From the NCBI GenBank assembly GCA_948989975.1, contig CARHSH010000001.1:146906-210905 (forward strand): DNA of 64,000 nucleotides, in the 5' to 3' direction. Shown piece by piece: positions 1-10,555 of the stretch. Below the pieces are notes generated by a model. It saw only the letters and a list, made by a program, of their open reading frames with translations. It was not told the origin of the DNA and did no database searches. Origin of the DNA: an uncultured Lachnospiraceae bacterium. GTDB lineage: Bacteria; Bacillota; Clostridia; Lachnospirales; Lachnospiraceae. Position numbers and translations under genes: made by a program. The stretch's first letter is position 1; each line of letters begins with the position of its first letter.

Positions 1-95
1 ATTTCCTTTAGGTCACTTCCATTTGGCGTATAGGAAATATGCGCATGTTCTAAAAGCTTTCCAATAAAAAAATCCGTTTTCTTCTCATTTGTCAT
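1..95 (-). CDS. 5'-partial CDS running off the left edge (N-terminus MTNEKKTDFFIGKLLEHAHISYTPNGSDLKE...), function unknown
   Basis: On the minus strand an ATG at 95..93 is preceded by GGAGG (about 101-107) with proper spacing; the reading frame stays open to position 1. Too short in-window to appear in the ORF table. Confidence 0.3.
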   Translation of the reverse strand, partial: MTNEKKTDFFIGKLLEHAHISYTPNGSDLKE

Positions 96-185
96 TGTAT
101 AACCTCCGTACATTCGATCATTGGTCTGTTCATTTTCCCAATTATTATAACATACTGTTTTCGATACATGCACGGTTTTTCTCTT

Positions 186-2579
186 TTACTCACACCGAAT
201 CCTCTCGACAAGCGATTCTTTTTTTACATTTTTGCTTAACGTGGAAGCTAAGATTCCTTGAAGCGCCAGAATGCCAACGGTCAAAAAGCCAAGTTCTGGA
301 AGCGGCAGATGATATTCAAACAAGCCGATTACTCCGTTTTCCCTGCACAGCAAAAACGCGTAATATCCTAAAATATTGCCCAAAAGCATGGAAATAAACA
401 AAGTTCCCACCGTAAAAACAAGCCCTTCTAACTGTAACATCTGGTTTAACTGTCTGTTGCTCATGCCAATCGCCTGCATAATGCCAAATTCACGTTTCCG
501 CGTCAGAATATTCGTAATCATCGTATTCGCCATATTCATAAATCCAATTACGCCCAATATGATCAAAAACGTATAGCACCCGCTTTTCGTAAACGAAATC
601 GCTAAATCCAGAAGTTTCGTCTTATTCTCCAACGTATTCAGAGAAATATGCTCCATGGTTCCGGTAATGTTTTCAAGCTCCTTTTTTACAGAAGCTTCGT
701 CTTTTTCGTCACAGTCCACAAACAGAATGGAAGTCATATCTGTTTTGATCCCCAGTTTCCGGAAAGTGTCTTCCGTCATTGTAATCGTGGAATCATTCGA
801 ATGGCCGCAGCTTCCAAGAATCGGACCCGAAAAAGGAACCGTCTGATCACCGTCTGCAATCTCACATTCATAAGTGTCTCCAATCTGATATTCCTCATCT
901 AAAAAGTGGTCATACATATAAATCACGCCATCTTTAGCGGCAGTGTTCCGATAATCCACTTCGCCCCGCTCGGCGTTTCGCGCAAGCCAGTCAAATTCTT
1001 CTTCCGTTACGACGGAAATTGCAGAATAAATGTTTACTCCTGTATTTTTATTTTTTTCATAGGCTTTTATCAGCTTTCTTGTCCGCACTTCCGTCACGCC
1101 CGGAATAGAACGCAGGCGGTTTAGAAAGGATTCGTCAAAAGGCGCTTGTTTTTGTATTTCATTTAAGTTATTTTCCGGATAATCTTTATCGTCTAATTTT
1201 GCATCCAGTTCTATCCGGAACCGGCCATATTCAATATCCTCCCGCGCCTGCCGCTCTGCGCTCATATTGCCTGCGACATTGGCAATGACGACAAACAGAA
1301 TACAGGAAAGTCCCATGGTTAAAATCGTCGTAATCGTCTGTTTTTTATGCAGTGTGAGGCTTGACAGGGTCAGGCTTTTCACAGTCACATTGGTTTTTCC
1401 TTTGCGTAACGTTTCTTTTTTATCCGTTTCAAATCGGATCGCTTCCACCGGAGAAGTTTTCGCCGCCATGCGCATTGGCTTTCGCATAGATAAATAAACT
1501 GTGCAGACAGTCAGCAGAATCACCAGAGCAGTCAGTGGCAATGAAAAAACAGTGGTTTCTATTTTAAGGAAAGCGTTTAACCAAATTTTTAAAATAAGCA
1601 GTCCAAGTAAGATTCCCGCTGGCGCTGCGGCGGCGGATAGAATCAATCCTTCCGTCCGGATAATGCTTTTTAACTGTTTTTGGTTTGCGCCAAGCGCTTT
1701 TAACCGTCCATATTCCCTTATTTTTTGGATAATCGACACGTGGAAGATATTGTAGATGACAAGCGCTGACATAAACATAATAATCAAAAGAATACATACG
1801 CTTGGCAGAATCACTTCCGTGTTTGGCTCTAAAGACCAAAACAGATAATCTTCATTTACGCTTACCTGACTTTTCTCTATGCCGATGCCTTCTGCAAGCT
1901 TTTTTATTTTTTCAGCCATTTCTGACGAATTTAACCGTTCGCCGTTTAAAACCTTAAATCCCATAAAAGTAAGTCTGTCATCGGGATTCGGGATATAGCG
2001 GTCTAAAAAGGCTTTCGAAACATATGCGCTGTATTGTTTTGCGAGGTCATTTGAATCGGAAGAAGGAAGAAAACCGCTGATGGAAAATTCCTGTTCCAAA
2101 ATCGTCCCTTCCCCATTTATGCGGATAGGAACCGTAATAGAGTCGCCTAGCTTTGGATTTTTTAAACCATGTACCATAAAAAACTCTTTTTGGGCAATCA
2201 GCTCATTCTCCGCCTTCGGGTATTCCCCCGAATCAAGTGTAAAATGCGATAATTTCCGCATGCCGTCGTCCGTCCGGTAATAATTGATCCGATAGCCCTT
2301 GCAGACGCCCTCCGCCGCATATTGCTGGATGCCAGTATCATAAAACTGGGAATGAAGCATCACGGCGTCCGCCTGTTCCGGAGAAAGCTGGCTGAATATG
2401 CCAAAATGCTCTCCATATGTTTCCCCTGCGCTGTCGATTTGCTGTTGAATTAACGCTTTACAGCCAAAAGAAATCACAGTCAGAAGAGTAGTCGTCAAAA
2501 AGATAGCGATTCCGGTCAAAAGGCTTCTCGTTTTTCCTGATTTCATGCTGCTAAGGGCAAGTTTAGTCGTCGTCTTCAT
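186..2579 (-). CDS. ABC transporter permease, FtsX-like family (BceB/MacB-type, 797 aa)
   Basis: Long ORF with multiple hydrophobic segments and a large extracytoplasmic domain; FtsX-type C-terminal helices. Immediately downstream of, and contiguous with, the ABC ATPase gene (stop/start abut at 2579/2580). Confidence 0.75.
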   Translation of the reverse strand: MKTTTKLALSSMKSGKTRSLLTGIAIFLTTTLLTVISFGCKALIQQQIDSAGETYGEHFGIFSQLSPEQADAVMLHSQFYDTGIQQYAAEGVCKGYRINYYRTDDGMRKLSHFTLDSGEYPKAENELIAQKEFFMVHGLKNPKLGDSITVPIRINGEGTILEQEFSISGFLPSSDSNDLAKQYSAYVSKAFLDRYIPNPDDRLTFMGFKVLNGERLNSSEMAEKIKKLAEGIGIEKSQVSVNEDYLFWSLEPNTEVILPSVCILLIIMFMSALVIYNIFHVSIIQKIREYGRLKALGANQKQLKSIIRTEGLILSAAAAPAGILLGLLILKIWLNAFLKIETTVFSLPLTALVILLTVCTVYLSMRKPMRMAAKTSPVEAIRFETDKKETLRKGKTNVTVKSLTLSSLTLHKKQTITTILTMGLSCILFVVIANVAGNMSAERQAREDIEYGRFRIELDAKLDDKDYPENNLNEIQKQAPFDESFLNRLRSIPGVTEVRTRKLIKAYEKNKNTGVNIYSAISVVTEEEFDWLARNAERGEVDYRNTAAKDGVIYMYDHFLDEEYQIGDTYECEIADGDQTVPFSGPILGSCGHSNDSTITMTEDTFRKLGIKTDMTSILFVDCDEKDEASVKKELENITGTMEHISLNTLENKTKLLDLAISFTKSGCYTFLIILGVIGFMNMANTMITNILTRKREFGIMQAIGMSNRQLNQMLQLEGLVFTVGTLFISMLLGNILGYYAFLLCRENGVIGLFEYHLPLPELGFLTVGILALQGILASTLSKNVKKESLVERIRCE

Positions 2580-3266
<687 letters not shown>

Positions 3267-3346
3267 AAAAAACCTCCTGTGTTTTGCTTGATGGAATTAG
3301 TATAACGCCGTTTTCTTTCCGTTCGCTTACAAAAAAGAAAAAAAGT

Positions 3347-3362
3347 CTTACAGATTTGTAAG
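3347..3362. promoter_or_regulatory. Palindrome CTTACAGATTTGTAAG (6-4-6) in the promoter region of the ABC genes; candidate response-regulator operator
   Basis: Perfect inverted repeat seen directly in the sequence. A further CTTACA half-site lies at 3326..3331. The site sits 80 bp upstream of the ABC ATPase start in an A-rich region. Confidence 0.3.
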
Positions 3363-3459
3363 AAAAGAAAAAAGTTTTCTTCTCCTTGATTTTTCTATCC
3401 AAACAAGACATAATAAAAACAGCCCCAAACGAAAAAAACAGAAAACATGGAGGAAAACA

Positions 3460-3810
3460 ATGACATTTATCGAATATGCAAAATGCAGCACATGTAAAAA
3501 AGCAAAAAACTGGCTGGACGAAAACGGGATTTCATATGAAACGCGTCCAATCAGAGAAGAAAACCCAACTGCGGAAGAATTAAAAGAATGGCAGAAAAAA
3601 AGCAAGCTTCCACTCAAGCGTTTTTTCAATACAAGCGGAAACCTCTATAAAGAACTGAAATTAAAAGACAAACTAAAAGAAATGAGCGAGGAGGAGCAGT
3701 TTGAGCTTTTAGCGACAGACGGAATGCTAGTCAAACGCCCGCTCCTCATTTCCGAGACGTCAGTTCTCGTCGGATTTAAAGAAACCGAATGGGAGGAGCT
3801 ACTTCGGTAA
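3460..3810 (+). CDS. ArsC/Spx-family (thioredoxin-fold, YffB-like) protein
   Basis: N-terminal CSTCKK (CxxC) motif in an ArsC/Spx-like context, 116 aa, with an AGGAG-type RBS upstream (ggagg at 3449). Confidence 0.65.
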   Translation: MTFIEYAKCSTCKKAKNWLDENGISYETRPIREENPTAEELKEWQKKSKLPLKRFFNTSGNLYKELKLKDKLKEMSEEEQFELLATDGMLVKRPLLISETSVLVGFKETEWEELLR

Positions 3811-5031
3811 CTGTATCGAAAAAATACAGCCCCGTTTCCCGCTAGGCTTCGACCGGACAAAAACAGCGCCGCTTTGCCTTTCCATAATTTCTCTGGCAAG
3901 ATAAAGCCCGATGCCGGACCCTTCCACCATAGAAACCGCTTTCCCGCGGTAAAACCGTTTAAAAATTTTATGATACTCCGATTTTGGAATCCCGATTCCT
4001 TCGTCCTCAACGTCGATCCGGACAAAATTCGTCAGGCATTCCACATGAATGCAGATCTTCGTGTCTGCGCCGCTATATTTAATCGCATTGTCAATAAGAT
4101 TAACAAGCGTTTCCGTCGTCCACTTCCTATCCTGTCTTACAATAACAGGATATTTCGGCGAATCCTCAGACATTTCAATCAAAATGCCCTTTGCCGCCGC
4201 CTTCCCGTACAGCCTGTTGACGGCGTCCAAAATAGTTTCATTCAGATCACAAGGCTCCATATGAAGCTCGATCATGCCTTTTTCCATACGGGAAACATTA
4301 ACAAGCGCCTTCGTCAGATTTTCAAGCCCATTCAGTTGATATAGGCAGTTTTCATAAAATTCGTCCTCCTCCTCTTGCGTAAGATCTTCTGATGCAAGCA
4401 ATTCCATACTAGTTTTCAAAGCGGCGACAGGCGTTTTCAACTGATGGGAAATATCCGTCACAAGCGCCTTCGTTGTCTCCTTCTCCCGGATCAAACATTC
4501 CCGATCCGTCTGAATCTGTTCCCATAAAGAAAGAATGCGATCCTTCAAAACCTCGTCAAAATGCGTAAACTCAAACTCCGGCCGGAGAGAATCCGTCGTT
4601 TGAAGCTTTCGGAACACAGATTCCAACTCCATAAAAATAACCGCATTCCCCTTTTCCCTCCGACGCCAAATAGCGGCAAAAGCCGCAAACAGCGCCAAAT
4701 CCAAACAAACAGACACAATCAGTACGCCACGCCTAGCCTCCGAAAACTTCCTATCCCAAACAGTGTCCGTTTCCGAATCATACCCATAAAAACCCATCAG
4801 ACGTTCTCCCGACAAAAGCCAATCCGCATCCGGCGCCTCCTTCTGCCAGCGTAAAAGCCCGCTACCCGCTTCATTGCTACCCGCAATGCCCATAATCACC
4901 AGTTCCGTTTCCTGATAACTGCGTTTCAGCTCCCTCAAAACCCAAAAATCCAAAAACGCCGTAAACAAAACAAATATAATGCCAAACAAAAACACAAAAC
5001 TCACATTTTTTGCATGACTTCGCAATCCCAT
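3799..5031 (-). CDS. Sensor histidine kinase (two TM helices, HisKA + HATPase_c)
   Basis: H-box ISHQLKTPV, N-box LIDNAIKYS, G-boxes DEGIGI and GSGIGL. Overlaps the upstream response-regulator gene by 31 nt. Confidence 0.85.
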   Translation of the reverse strand: MGLRSHAKNVSFVFLFGIIFVLFTAFLDFWVLRELKRSYQETELVIMGIAGSNEAGSGLLRWQKEAPDADWLLSGERLMGFYGYDSETDTVWDRKFSEARRGVLIVSVCLDLALFAAFAAIWRRREKGNAVIFMELESVFRKLQTTDSLRPEFEFTHFDEVLKDRILSLWEQIQTDRECLIREKETTKALVTDISHQLKTPVAALKTSMELLASEDLTQEEEDEFYENCLYQLNGLENLTKALVNVSRMEKGMIELHMEPCDLNETILDAVNRLYGKAAAKGILIEMSEDSPKYPVIVRQDRKWTTETLVNLIDNAIKYSGADTKICIHVECLTNFVRIDVEDEGIGIPKSEYHKIFKRFYRGKAVSMVEGSGIGLYLAREIMERQSGAVFVRSKPSGKRGCIFSIQLPK

Positions 5032-5720
5032 ACATACCCCATTCCCCGGACATTCCGAATCATCCGGTTATCATCACTATCCAAAATTTTCGCTCTCAGC
5101 CGCCGGATATTCACCGCAACCGTATTATCATCAACAAAATGCCCATCTGCATCAAAAATCTGTTCAAGAATCTGCGTTTTCGACAAAATCTGCCTAGGAT
5201 AATTCAAAAACAACTGTAACAGCCGATACTCATTTTTCGTCAGCGTCACAGGCGCATGATCCACCAAAAGCCGCATTTCATTTGGATAATAAGTCAGCTT
5301 CCCAGAAACAAAAACAGTCTGCCCGTTCCCCGCTCCAGAATCCGAACGCATATTCAAACGTTTAAACACCGAATGCACCTTCGACATCAACACAGCAAGG
5401 CTAAACGGTTTCGTCACATAATCATCTGCGCCCGTATCATAACCCATCACAATATCAACTTCCGAATCCATCGCAGTCAAAAAAATAAACCGCACATCAT
5501 CATGCAAATCCTCACGTAAATACCTGCAAAACGAAATCCCGCTTCCGTCCGTTAAAGTAATATCACATAACACAAGCCCAATTTCATGCGAACGAAACAA
5601 CCGCTTACCCTCCGCCACCGAGCCACAAGAAAACACCCGATACCCTTCCTTTTCCAATTTAAAACAGATCCCCCTCCGCAAACTCTCCTCATCTTCCAAC
5701 AACAAAATAGTATCCATCAA
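5001..5720 (-). CDS. OmpR-family response regulator
   Basis: Receiver domain (LLLEDEESL..., D in LVLCDITL) plus a winged-helix C-terminus (LTKNEYRLLQLFLNYPRQILSKTQI...MGYVW). Confidence 0.9.
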   Translation of the reverse strand: MMDTILLLEDEESLRRGICFKLEKEGYRVFSCGSVAEGKRLFRSHEIGLVLCDITLTDGSGISFCRYLREDLHDDVRFIFLTAMDSEVDIVMGYDTGADDYVTKPFSLAVLMSKVHSVFKRLNMRSDSGAGNGQTVFVSGKLTYYPNEMRLLVDHAPVTLTKNEYRLLQLFLNYPRQILSKTQILEQIFDADGHFVDDNTVAVNIRRLRAKILDSDDNRMIRNVRGMGYVWDCEVMQKM

Positions 5721-5739
5721 AACCTCCTTTCAAAAGAAT

Positions 5740-6000
5740 CCCATCATAAAAAAGCATTTACAAACAGAAACAAAATAACCCGCCAAAAAAGAAACACATA
5801 CTTACAGAATGCGCAAACCTCCCAAAACATATCAATTCCAGCCCAAATTCCAGCTTTAAAAACAGCAAAAGCGAAACAAACCAATCAATGAAACCAACAA
5901 AAGCGAAACAAGGTAACAAAACAGCAAAAGTAAAACAAGTCAATATAGAACCCACAACACACACATAGTTATAACATAAAAAAACAAAGTACATTTTAGC
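5740..6000. repeat. Strongly strand-asymmetric A/C-rich low-complexity tract with repeated aaaagcgaaacaa motifs
   Basis: Seen directly: the plus strand is almost devoid of G and T over about 260 bp, with three copies of aaaagcgaaacaa-like units. The only ORF here (5758..6021, minus) is a hydrophobic compositional artefact. Confidence 0.5.
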
Positions 6001-6103
6001 CTGCGAATTAGCAGATAACATTCACAGCCAACCGTATAGCCATACACCCTTAAGCGCCACCGATATAATATAAAAAAGTAAATTCAGCCAAAGCGCCGCA
6101 AAA

Positions 6104-6325
6104 AAGCCGTCTATGCTAGCGGGGCATTGTGATGGGATTTAGGGATTCTTATGTGTTCCTGCAACATACAGCAATGCCCTGCCATGGACGGCAGGGCAAA
6201 CTGCAGCCACGCCATGGAAGGCGTGTCTGCAGTGGTTGCGTCCGAAACCAAAAAGCAGAAGGAACACATTAGAACCCCTTAATCCCAGAACACAGCCCCG
6301 CTAGCATAGACGGCTCTTTTTTGCG
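6104..6325. other. Roughly 220-nt nested long hairpin / imperfect palindrome (candidate structured ncRNA, MITE-like element or bidirectional terminator)
   Basis: The outer 20-bp perfect stem gccgtctatgctagcggggc (6109..6128) pairs with 6298..6317, flanked by an A6 run and a T6 run. A second imperfect stem of about 34 bp continues inward (6132..6165 with 6264..6297). Two internal hairpins lie at ccctgccatggacggcaggg and gcaaactgcagccacgcc / ggcgtgtctgcagtggttgc. Confidence 0.5.
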
Positions 6326-6379
6326 TATTTTGCCACCCCAAAATCCTACCACATTTTTTATATTAATTCAAATTAGCAG

Positions 6380-6408
6380 TTGACATTTATTTCCTACTGT
6401 ATTATACT
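6380..6408 (+). promoter_or_regulatory. Sigma-A-type promoter of the acpP-fab operon (TTGACA-17-TATACT)
   Basis: TTGACA at 6380..6385, a 17-bp spacer, and TATACT at 6403..6408, about 75 bp upstream of the acpP ATG. Confidence 0.55.
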
Positions 6409-6413
6409 TTGCC

Positions 6414-6453
6414 TGTCAAATAATTTGACAATCAAAACATTTGAACTTCAAAT
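6414..6453. promoter_or_regulatory. Two adjacent perfect palindromes just downstream of the -10: TGTCAAATAATTTGACA (6414..6430) and ATTTGAACTTCAAAT (6439..6453); candidate FabT-type (MarR) operator
   Basis: The palindromes are seen directly. Their half-sites resemble the streptococcal FabT operator family (TTTGA...TCAAA). A MarR-family gene closes the operon. Confidence 0.4.
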
Positions 6454-6482
6454 CAAAAATGTCTTAAAAAGGAGAATCAGTT

Positions 6483-6716
6483 ATGTTAGAGAAATTAAAA
6501 ACAATCATTGCGGAGCAGTTAAGCATCAATGAGGAAGAAATCAGCGCAGAAAGTAATTTCAAAGATGATTTAGGAGCAGATTCCTTAGATTTATTTGAAT
6601 TAGTCATGAGTTTAGAAGAAGAATATGGCGTTGAGATCCCGTCAGAAGATTTAGAAAAAATCGCTACAGTAAATGATGTTATGGAATATATGAAAGCTAA
6701 AGGCGTGGAAGATTAA
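6483..6716 (+). CDS. acpP: Acyl carrier protein
   Basis: 77 aa; the DSLD phosphopantetheine attachment motif ([17 protein letters not shown]); RBS AAAGGAGA. Confidence 0.92.
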   Translation: MLEKLKTIIAEQLSINEEEISAESNFKDDLGADSLDLFELVMSLEEEYGVEIPSEDLEKIATVNDVMEYMKAKGVED

Positions 6717-6717
6717 T

Positions 6718-7647
6718 ATGGGATTGAAAACTAAGATAACAGAATTGCTTGGAATAGAATATCCAATTATACAAGGCGGCATGGCGTGGGTAGCTGAGTA
6801 TCATCTGGCTTCGGCTGTTTCAGAAGCCGGAGGGCTTGGGATCATCGGGGCGGCCAGCGCGCCCGCGGAAGTTGTCAGGGAACAGATCCGCAAGGTAAGG
6901 GAGCGGACAGACCGGCCGTTTGGCGTAAATGTCATGCTGATGAACCCGAATGCCCCAGAGGTGGCTTCGGTTGTCGCAGAGGAAGGCGTAAAAGTTGTTA
7001 CGACGGGAGCGGGGAATCCGGCTAAATTTATGGAATTATGGAAAAACGCTGGGATAACAGTAATGCCTGTTGTAGCAAGCGTAGCGATGGCGCGTATGAT
7101 GGAAAAAGCAGGCGCAGATGCGGTTGTGGCGGAAGGAACAGAGTCCGGCGGGCATATTGGATCTGCGACGACAATGACATTAGTTCCCCAGATAGTGGAT
7201 GCAGTAAATATTCCGGTTGTGGCAGCCGGAGGGATTGGAGACGGGAGAGGCGTTGCGGCTGCATTTATGTTAGGTGCCGAGGCGGCGCAGATGGGCACGC
7301 GTTTTATCGTCGCAAAAGAATCTATTGTGCATGAAAATTATAAAGAAAAAGTAATTAAGGCAAAAGACATTGATTCAGAAGTGACCGGAAGAAGCACGGG
7401 ACATCCGATTCGCGTTCTTAGGAATAAGATGACGCGGGAATACCTGAAAATGGAAGCGGACGGCGTGGGGCTTGATGAGTTGGAGCAGTTGACGTTAGGC
7501 TCTTTGCGGAAAGCCGTAATGGACGGCGATGTGGTCAATGGAAGCCTGATGGCAGGCCAGATTGCAGGTTTGGTAGGAAAAGAGCAGACTTGCCGCGAAA
7601 TGATAGAAGAAATTATAAAACAAGCAAAAGAGCTGCTTGGCAGATAG
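6718..7647 (+). CDS. fabK: Enoyl-ACP reductase II (FabK, FMN-dependent nitronate-monooxygenase fold)
   Basis: IIQGGMAWV... GGLGIIGA... AAGGIGDGRG motifs. Position immediately after acpP is typical of Firmicutes fab operons. Confidence 0.85.
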   Translation: MGLKTKITELLGIEYPIIQGGMAWVAEYHLASAVSEAGGLGIIGAASAPAEVVREQIRKVRERTDRPFGVNVMLMNPNAPEVASVVAEEGVKVVTTGAGNPAKFMELWKNAGITVMPVVASVAMARMMEKAGADAVVAEGTESGGHIGSATTMTLVPQIVDAVNIPVVAAGGIGDGRGVAAAFMLGAEAAQMGTRFIVAKESIVHENYKEKVIKAKDIDSEVTGRSTGHPIRVLRNKMTREYLKMEADGVGLDELEQLTLGSLRKAVMDGDVVNGSLMAGQIAGLVGKEQTCREMIEEIIKQAKELLGR

Positions 7648-7665
7648 TGGGAGAGAGGAAAAGAA

Positions 7666-8580
7666 ATGGGTAAGCTGGTATTTATGTTCCCCGGTCAGGG
7701 TTCCCAGTATGTGGGAATGGGGAAAGAATTTTATGATTCGTTTCCGGTGTGCAGGGAAGTGTATGAGTTGGCAAGTAAAGCTTCCGGTCTTGACGTTGCA
7801 AAACTTTGTTTTGAGGAAAATGAAAAAATCCATATCACAGAGTTCACGCAGATTGCCATGCTGGCAACGGAAGCGGCTTTGTTTGCCGCTTTAAAAGAAA
7901 AGGGAATTGCGCCAGACGTTACGGCGGGGCTTAGTCTGGGAGAGTATGGGGCATTGATAGCTTCCGGCGTAATGGAAATGGAAGATGCATTTTCGATTAT
8001 TCGAAAAAGAGGAATTTTTATGCAAAACGCAGTTCCTTCCGGTGGGGCGATGAGCGCTGTGATGGGATTAGAAGCCGCTCCGATTGAAGAAATCTGCCAA
8101 AAGACGGAAGGCATAGTGTCGATTGCAAATTATAACTGCCCGGGGCAAATTGTAATTACCGGAGAGCAGGCGGCTGTCGATGCGGCGGGCATGGCTTTAA
8201 AGGAAGCGGGCGCGAGAAGGATTGCGCCTTTAAAAGTAAGCGGGCCGTTCCATTCCCAGATGCTTTCCGGCGCTGGAGAGCAGCTTGCGCAGGCGCTTGA
8301 GGAAGTGCAAATTGCGGATACATTTCTTCCATATGTAGCAAATGTCACAGCGGATTATGTGACGGAAGCGTCCGAGGTAAAACCGCTTTTGGCGAAACAA
8401 GTGGCGTCCAGCGTCCGCTGGCAGCAGACAATAGAGCGTTTAATTGCGGACGGGGCGGACACGTTTGTGGAAATTGGGCCGGGTAAGACGCTTTCCGGCT
8501 TTATGCGGAAAATAAATCGGGAAATGACGGTTTACAATATTGATAAGCTGGAGGATTTTATTAAGTATGTTGACAGGTAA
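7666..8580 (+). CDS. fabD: Malonyl-CoA:ACP transacylase
   Basis: FMFPGQGSQYVGMG N-terminus and the GLSLGEY active-site Ser motif. Confidence 0.9.
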   Translation: MGKLVFMFPGQGSQYVGMGKEFYDSFPVCREVYELASKASGLDVAKLCFEENEKIHITEFTQIAMLATEAALFAALKEKGIAPDVTAGLSLGEYGALIASGVMEMEDAFSIIRKRGIFMQNAVPSGGAMSAVMGLEAAPIEEICQKTEGIVSIANYNCPGQIVITGEQAAVDAAGMALKEAGARRIAPLKVSGPFHSQMLSGAGEQLAQALEEVQIADTFLPYVANVTADYVTEASEVKPLLAKQVASSVRWQQTIERLIADGADTFVEIGPGKTLSGFMRKINREMTVYNIDKLEDFIKYVDR

Positions 8581-9307
8581 AATCGCGTTAGTGACAGGGG
8601 CAAGCCGCGGAATCGGCGCGCAGATTGCAAAATCCCTTGCGGAATGCGGCGCGGCGGTAATTATAAATTATAATGGTTCGGCGGATAAGGCGCAGGCGGT
8701 TGCAGATGAGATTTATTCGGCAGGCGGCAAGGCGGAGATTTATCCATGCAATGTGGCGGATTTTGCGGCGTGTGGCGAAATGATTCAGGCAATCGTCAAA
8801 AAGCATGGGCGTTTAGATATTCTGGTGAATAATGCTGGGATTACAAAAGACGGTCTTTTGATGAAAATGTCGGAAGAAGAATTTGATCAGGTAATTTCGG
8901 TGAATTTAAAAGGCGCATTTCAGACGATACGCCATGCATCCCGTTATTTTTTAAAACAGAGAAGTGGGAAAATTATCAATATTTCTTCCGTTTCCGGCAT
9001 TTTGGGAAATGCGGGGCAGGCAAATTATGCATCGAGCAAAGCTGGCATGATAGGTCTGACAAAAAGCGTGGCGAGAGAGCTTGCGTCACGGGGAATTACG
9101 GTCAATGCCATTGCGCCCGGCATGATTGCAACGGACATGACAGACGCTATGGCGCAGGAAGCTAGGGAAAAAATGACGGAAGCAATCCCGCTTGGACGAA
9201 TGGGGACGCCGGAAGACGTCGCAAACATGGCGGTATTTCTAGCTTCTCCGAAATCGGATTATATTACGGGGCAGGTGTTTGCAGTGGACGGCGGCATGGC
9301 GATATAA
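8567..9307 (+). CDS. fabG: 3-oxoacyl-ACP reductase
   Basis: SDR family: TGASRGIG Rossmann motif, NNAG, and the catalytic Y..K in YASSKAG. Start taken at the ATG at 8567 (MLTGKIALV), overlapping the fabD stop. Confidence 0.9.
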   Translation: MLTGKIALVTGASRGIGAQIAKSLAECGAAVIINYNGSADKAQAVADEIYSAGGKAEIYPCNVADFAACGEMIQAIVKKHGRLDILVNNAGITKDGLLMKMSEEEFDQVISVNLKGAFQTIRHASRYFLKQRSGKIINISSVSGILGNAGQANYASSKAGMIGLTKSVARELASRGITVNAIAPGMIATDMTDAMAQEAREKMTEAIPLGRMGTPEDVANMAVFLASPKSDYITGQVFAVDGGMAI

Positions 9308-9317
9308 GGAGGAAATC

Positions 9318-10553
9318 ATGGGCAGAAGAGTTGTGGTAACAGGCATGGGGGCGATTACCCCGATTGGGCTAAACATAGAGGAATTTTGGCAGTCAGTTCA
9401 GGCTGGGGAAATTGGCTTTGCGCCAATTACAAAATTCGATGCGTCGGAATATAAGTGCCGCATAGCGGCGGAAGTAAAAGGTTTTGAAGGCAAAAACTTT
9501 ATGGATGCAAAAGCGGCAAAACGCATGGAATTATTTTCGCAGTACGCAGTTGCGGCGGCAAAAGAAGCGCTTTGTGATTCTGGGATTGAGATGGAAAAGG
9601 AAGACCCCTATCGGGTAGGGACTGCGATTGGTTCCGGCATAGGAAGCCTGCAGGCAATCGAGCGGGAGCATAAAAAATTGATGGAAAAAGGGCCAAACCG
9701 GGTGAATCCGCTGTTTGTGCCAATGATGATAGGAAATATGGCGGCAGGAAACGTTTCCATTCAGTTTGGCTTAAAAGGAAAGAGCATTAACTCCGTAACG
9801 GCATGCGCCACGGGGACGAATACGATTGGGGAAGCGTTCCGCGCAGTTGCGTATGGCGAAGCAGATGTGATGGCGGCAGGCGGGACGGAAAGCTGTATTA
9901 CGCCGATAGGAATTGCGGGATTTACGGCATTGACGGCGTTATCTGCCGTGGACGATCCGAAAAAATGTTCTCTGCCGTTTGATAAGGACAGAAGCGGTTT
10001 TGTGATGGGCGAGGGCGCGGCAGTTGTGATATTGGAAGAATTGGAACATGCAAAGGCGAGAGGAGCCAAAATTTATGCGGAAGTCGTTGGCTATGGCTGT
10101 TCGTCTGATGCATATCATATTACTTCTCCGGAAGAAAGCGGGGCAGGGGCGGCAAGGGCGATGACGAATGCGATTGCCGACGCCGGGTTAAAGCCGGAAG
10201 ATATTCCTTATATTAATGCGCATGGGACGGGAACGCATCACAATGACTTGTTTGAAACAAGGGCGATAAAGCTTGCGTTTGGGGAACATGCAAAAAAATT
10301 AAAAATCAATTCCACGAAGTCGATGGTGGGCCATCTGTTAGGGGCGGCAGGGGCGATTGAATTTGTCACTTGTGTGAAAGAGTTAGAAGAAGGGTATCTG
10401 CATCGCACGGTTGGCTATTCCAAGCCAGATGAAGAAATGGATTTGGATTACTGTAAGGAAGCGGCAACGGGCGATTATTCGTATGCGCTCAGTAATTCCC
10501 TTGGGTTTGGCGGCCACAATGCAAGCATTCTTCTGGCAAAGTATAAGGAGTAA
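9318..10553 (+). CDS. fabF: 3-oxoacyl-ACP synthase II
   Basis: KAS-II hallmarks: active-site Cys in [13 protein letters not shown], and GHLLGAAG. Start at the ATG at 9318 after AAGGAGG. Confidence 0.9.
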   Translation: MGRRVVVTGMGAITPIGLNIEEFWQSVQAGEIGFAPITKFDASEYKCRIAAEVKGFEGKNFMDAKAAKRMELFSQYAVAAAKEALCDSGIEMEKEDPYRVGTAIGSGIGSLQAIEREHKKLMEKGPNRVNPLFVPMMIGNMAAGNVSIQFGLKGKSINSVTACATGTNTIGEAFRAVAYGEADVMAAGGTESCITPIGIAGFTALTALSAVDDPKKCSLPFDKDRSGFVMGEGAAVVILEELEHAKARGAKIYAEVVGYGCSSDAYHITSPEESGAGAARAMTNAIADAGLKPEDIPYINAHGTGTHHNDLFETRAIKLAFGEHAKKLKINSTKSMVGHLLGAAGAIEFVTCVKELEEGYLHRTVGYSKPDEEMDLDYCKEAATGDYSYALSNSLGFGGHNASILLAKYKE

Positions 10554-10555
10554 AA

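Noticed and set aside
5758-6021. 87-aa minus-strand ORF in the acpP-upstream region
   Set aside because: It is extremely hydrophobic, F/L/C/V-rich and low-complexity. That is a translation artefact of the G/T-rich minus strand of the A/C tract. There is no RBS.
6801-7298. Long antisense ORFs inside fab genes (for example 6801..7298 minus, 7038..7334 plus, 44416..45021 plus, 52166..52711 minus)
   Set aside because: They are embedded in strongly supported coding genes on the other strand or frame. They are Ala/Pro/Ser/Arg-rich, consistent with out-of-frame GC-rich codons, and have no RBS.
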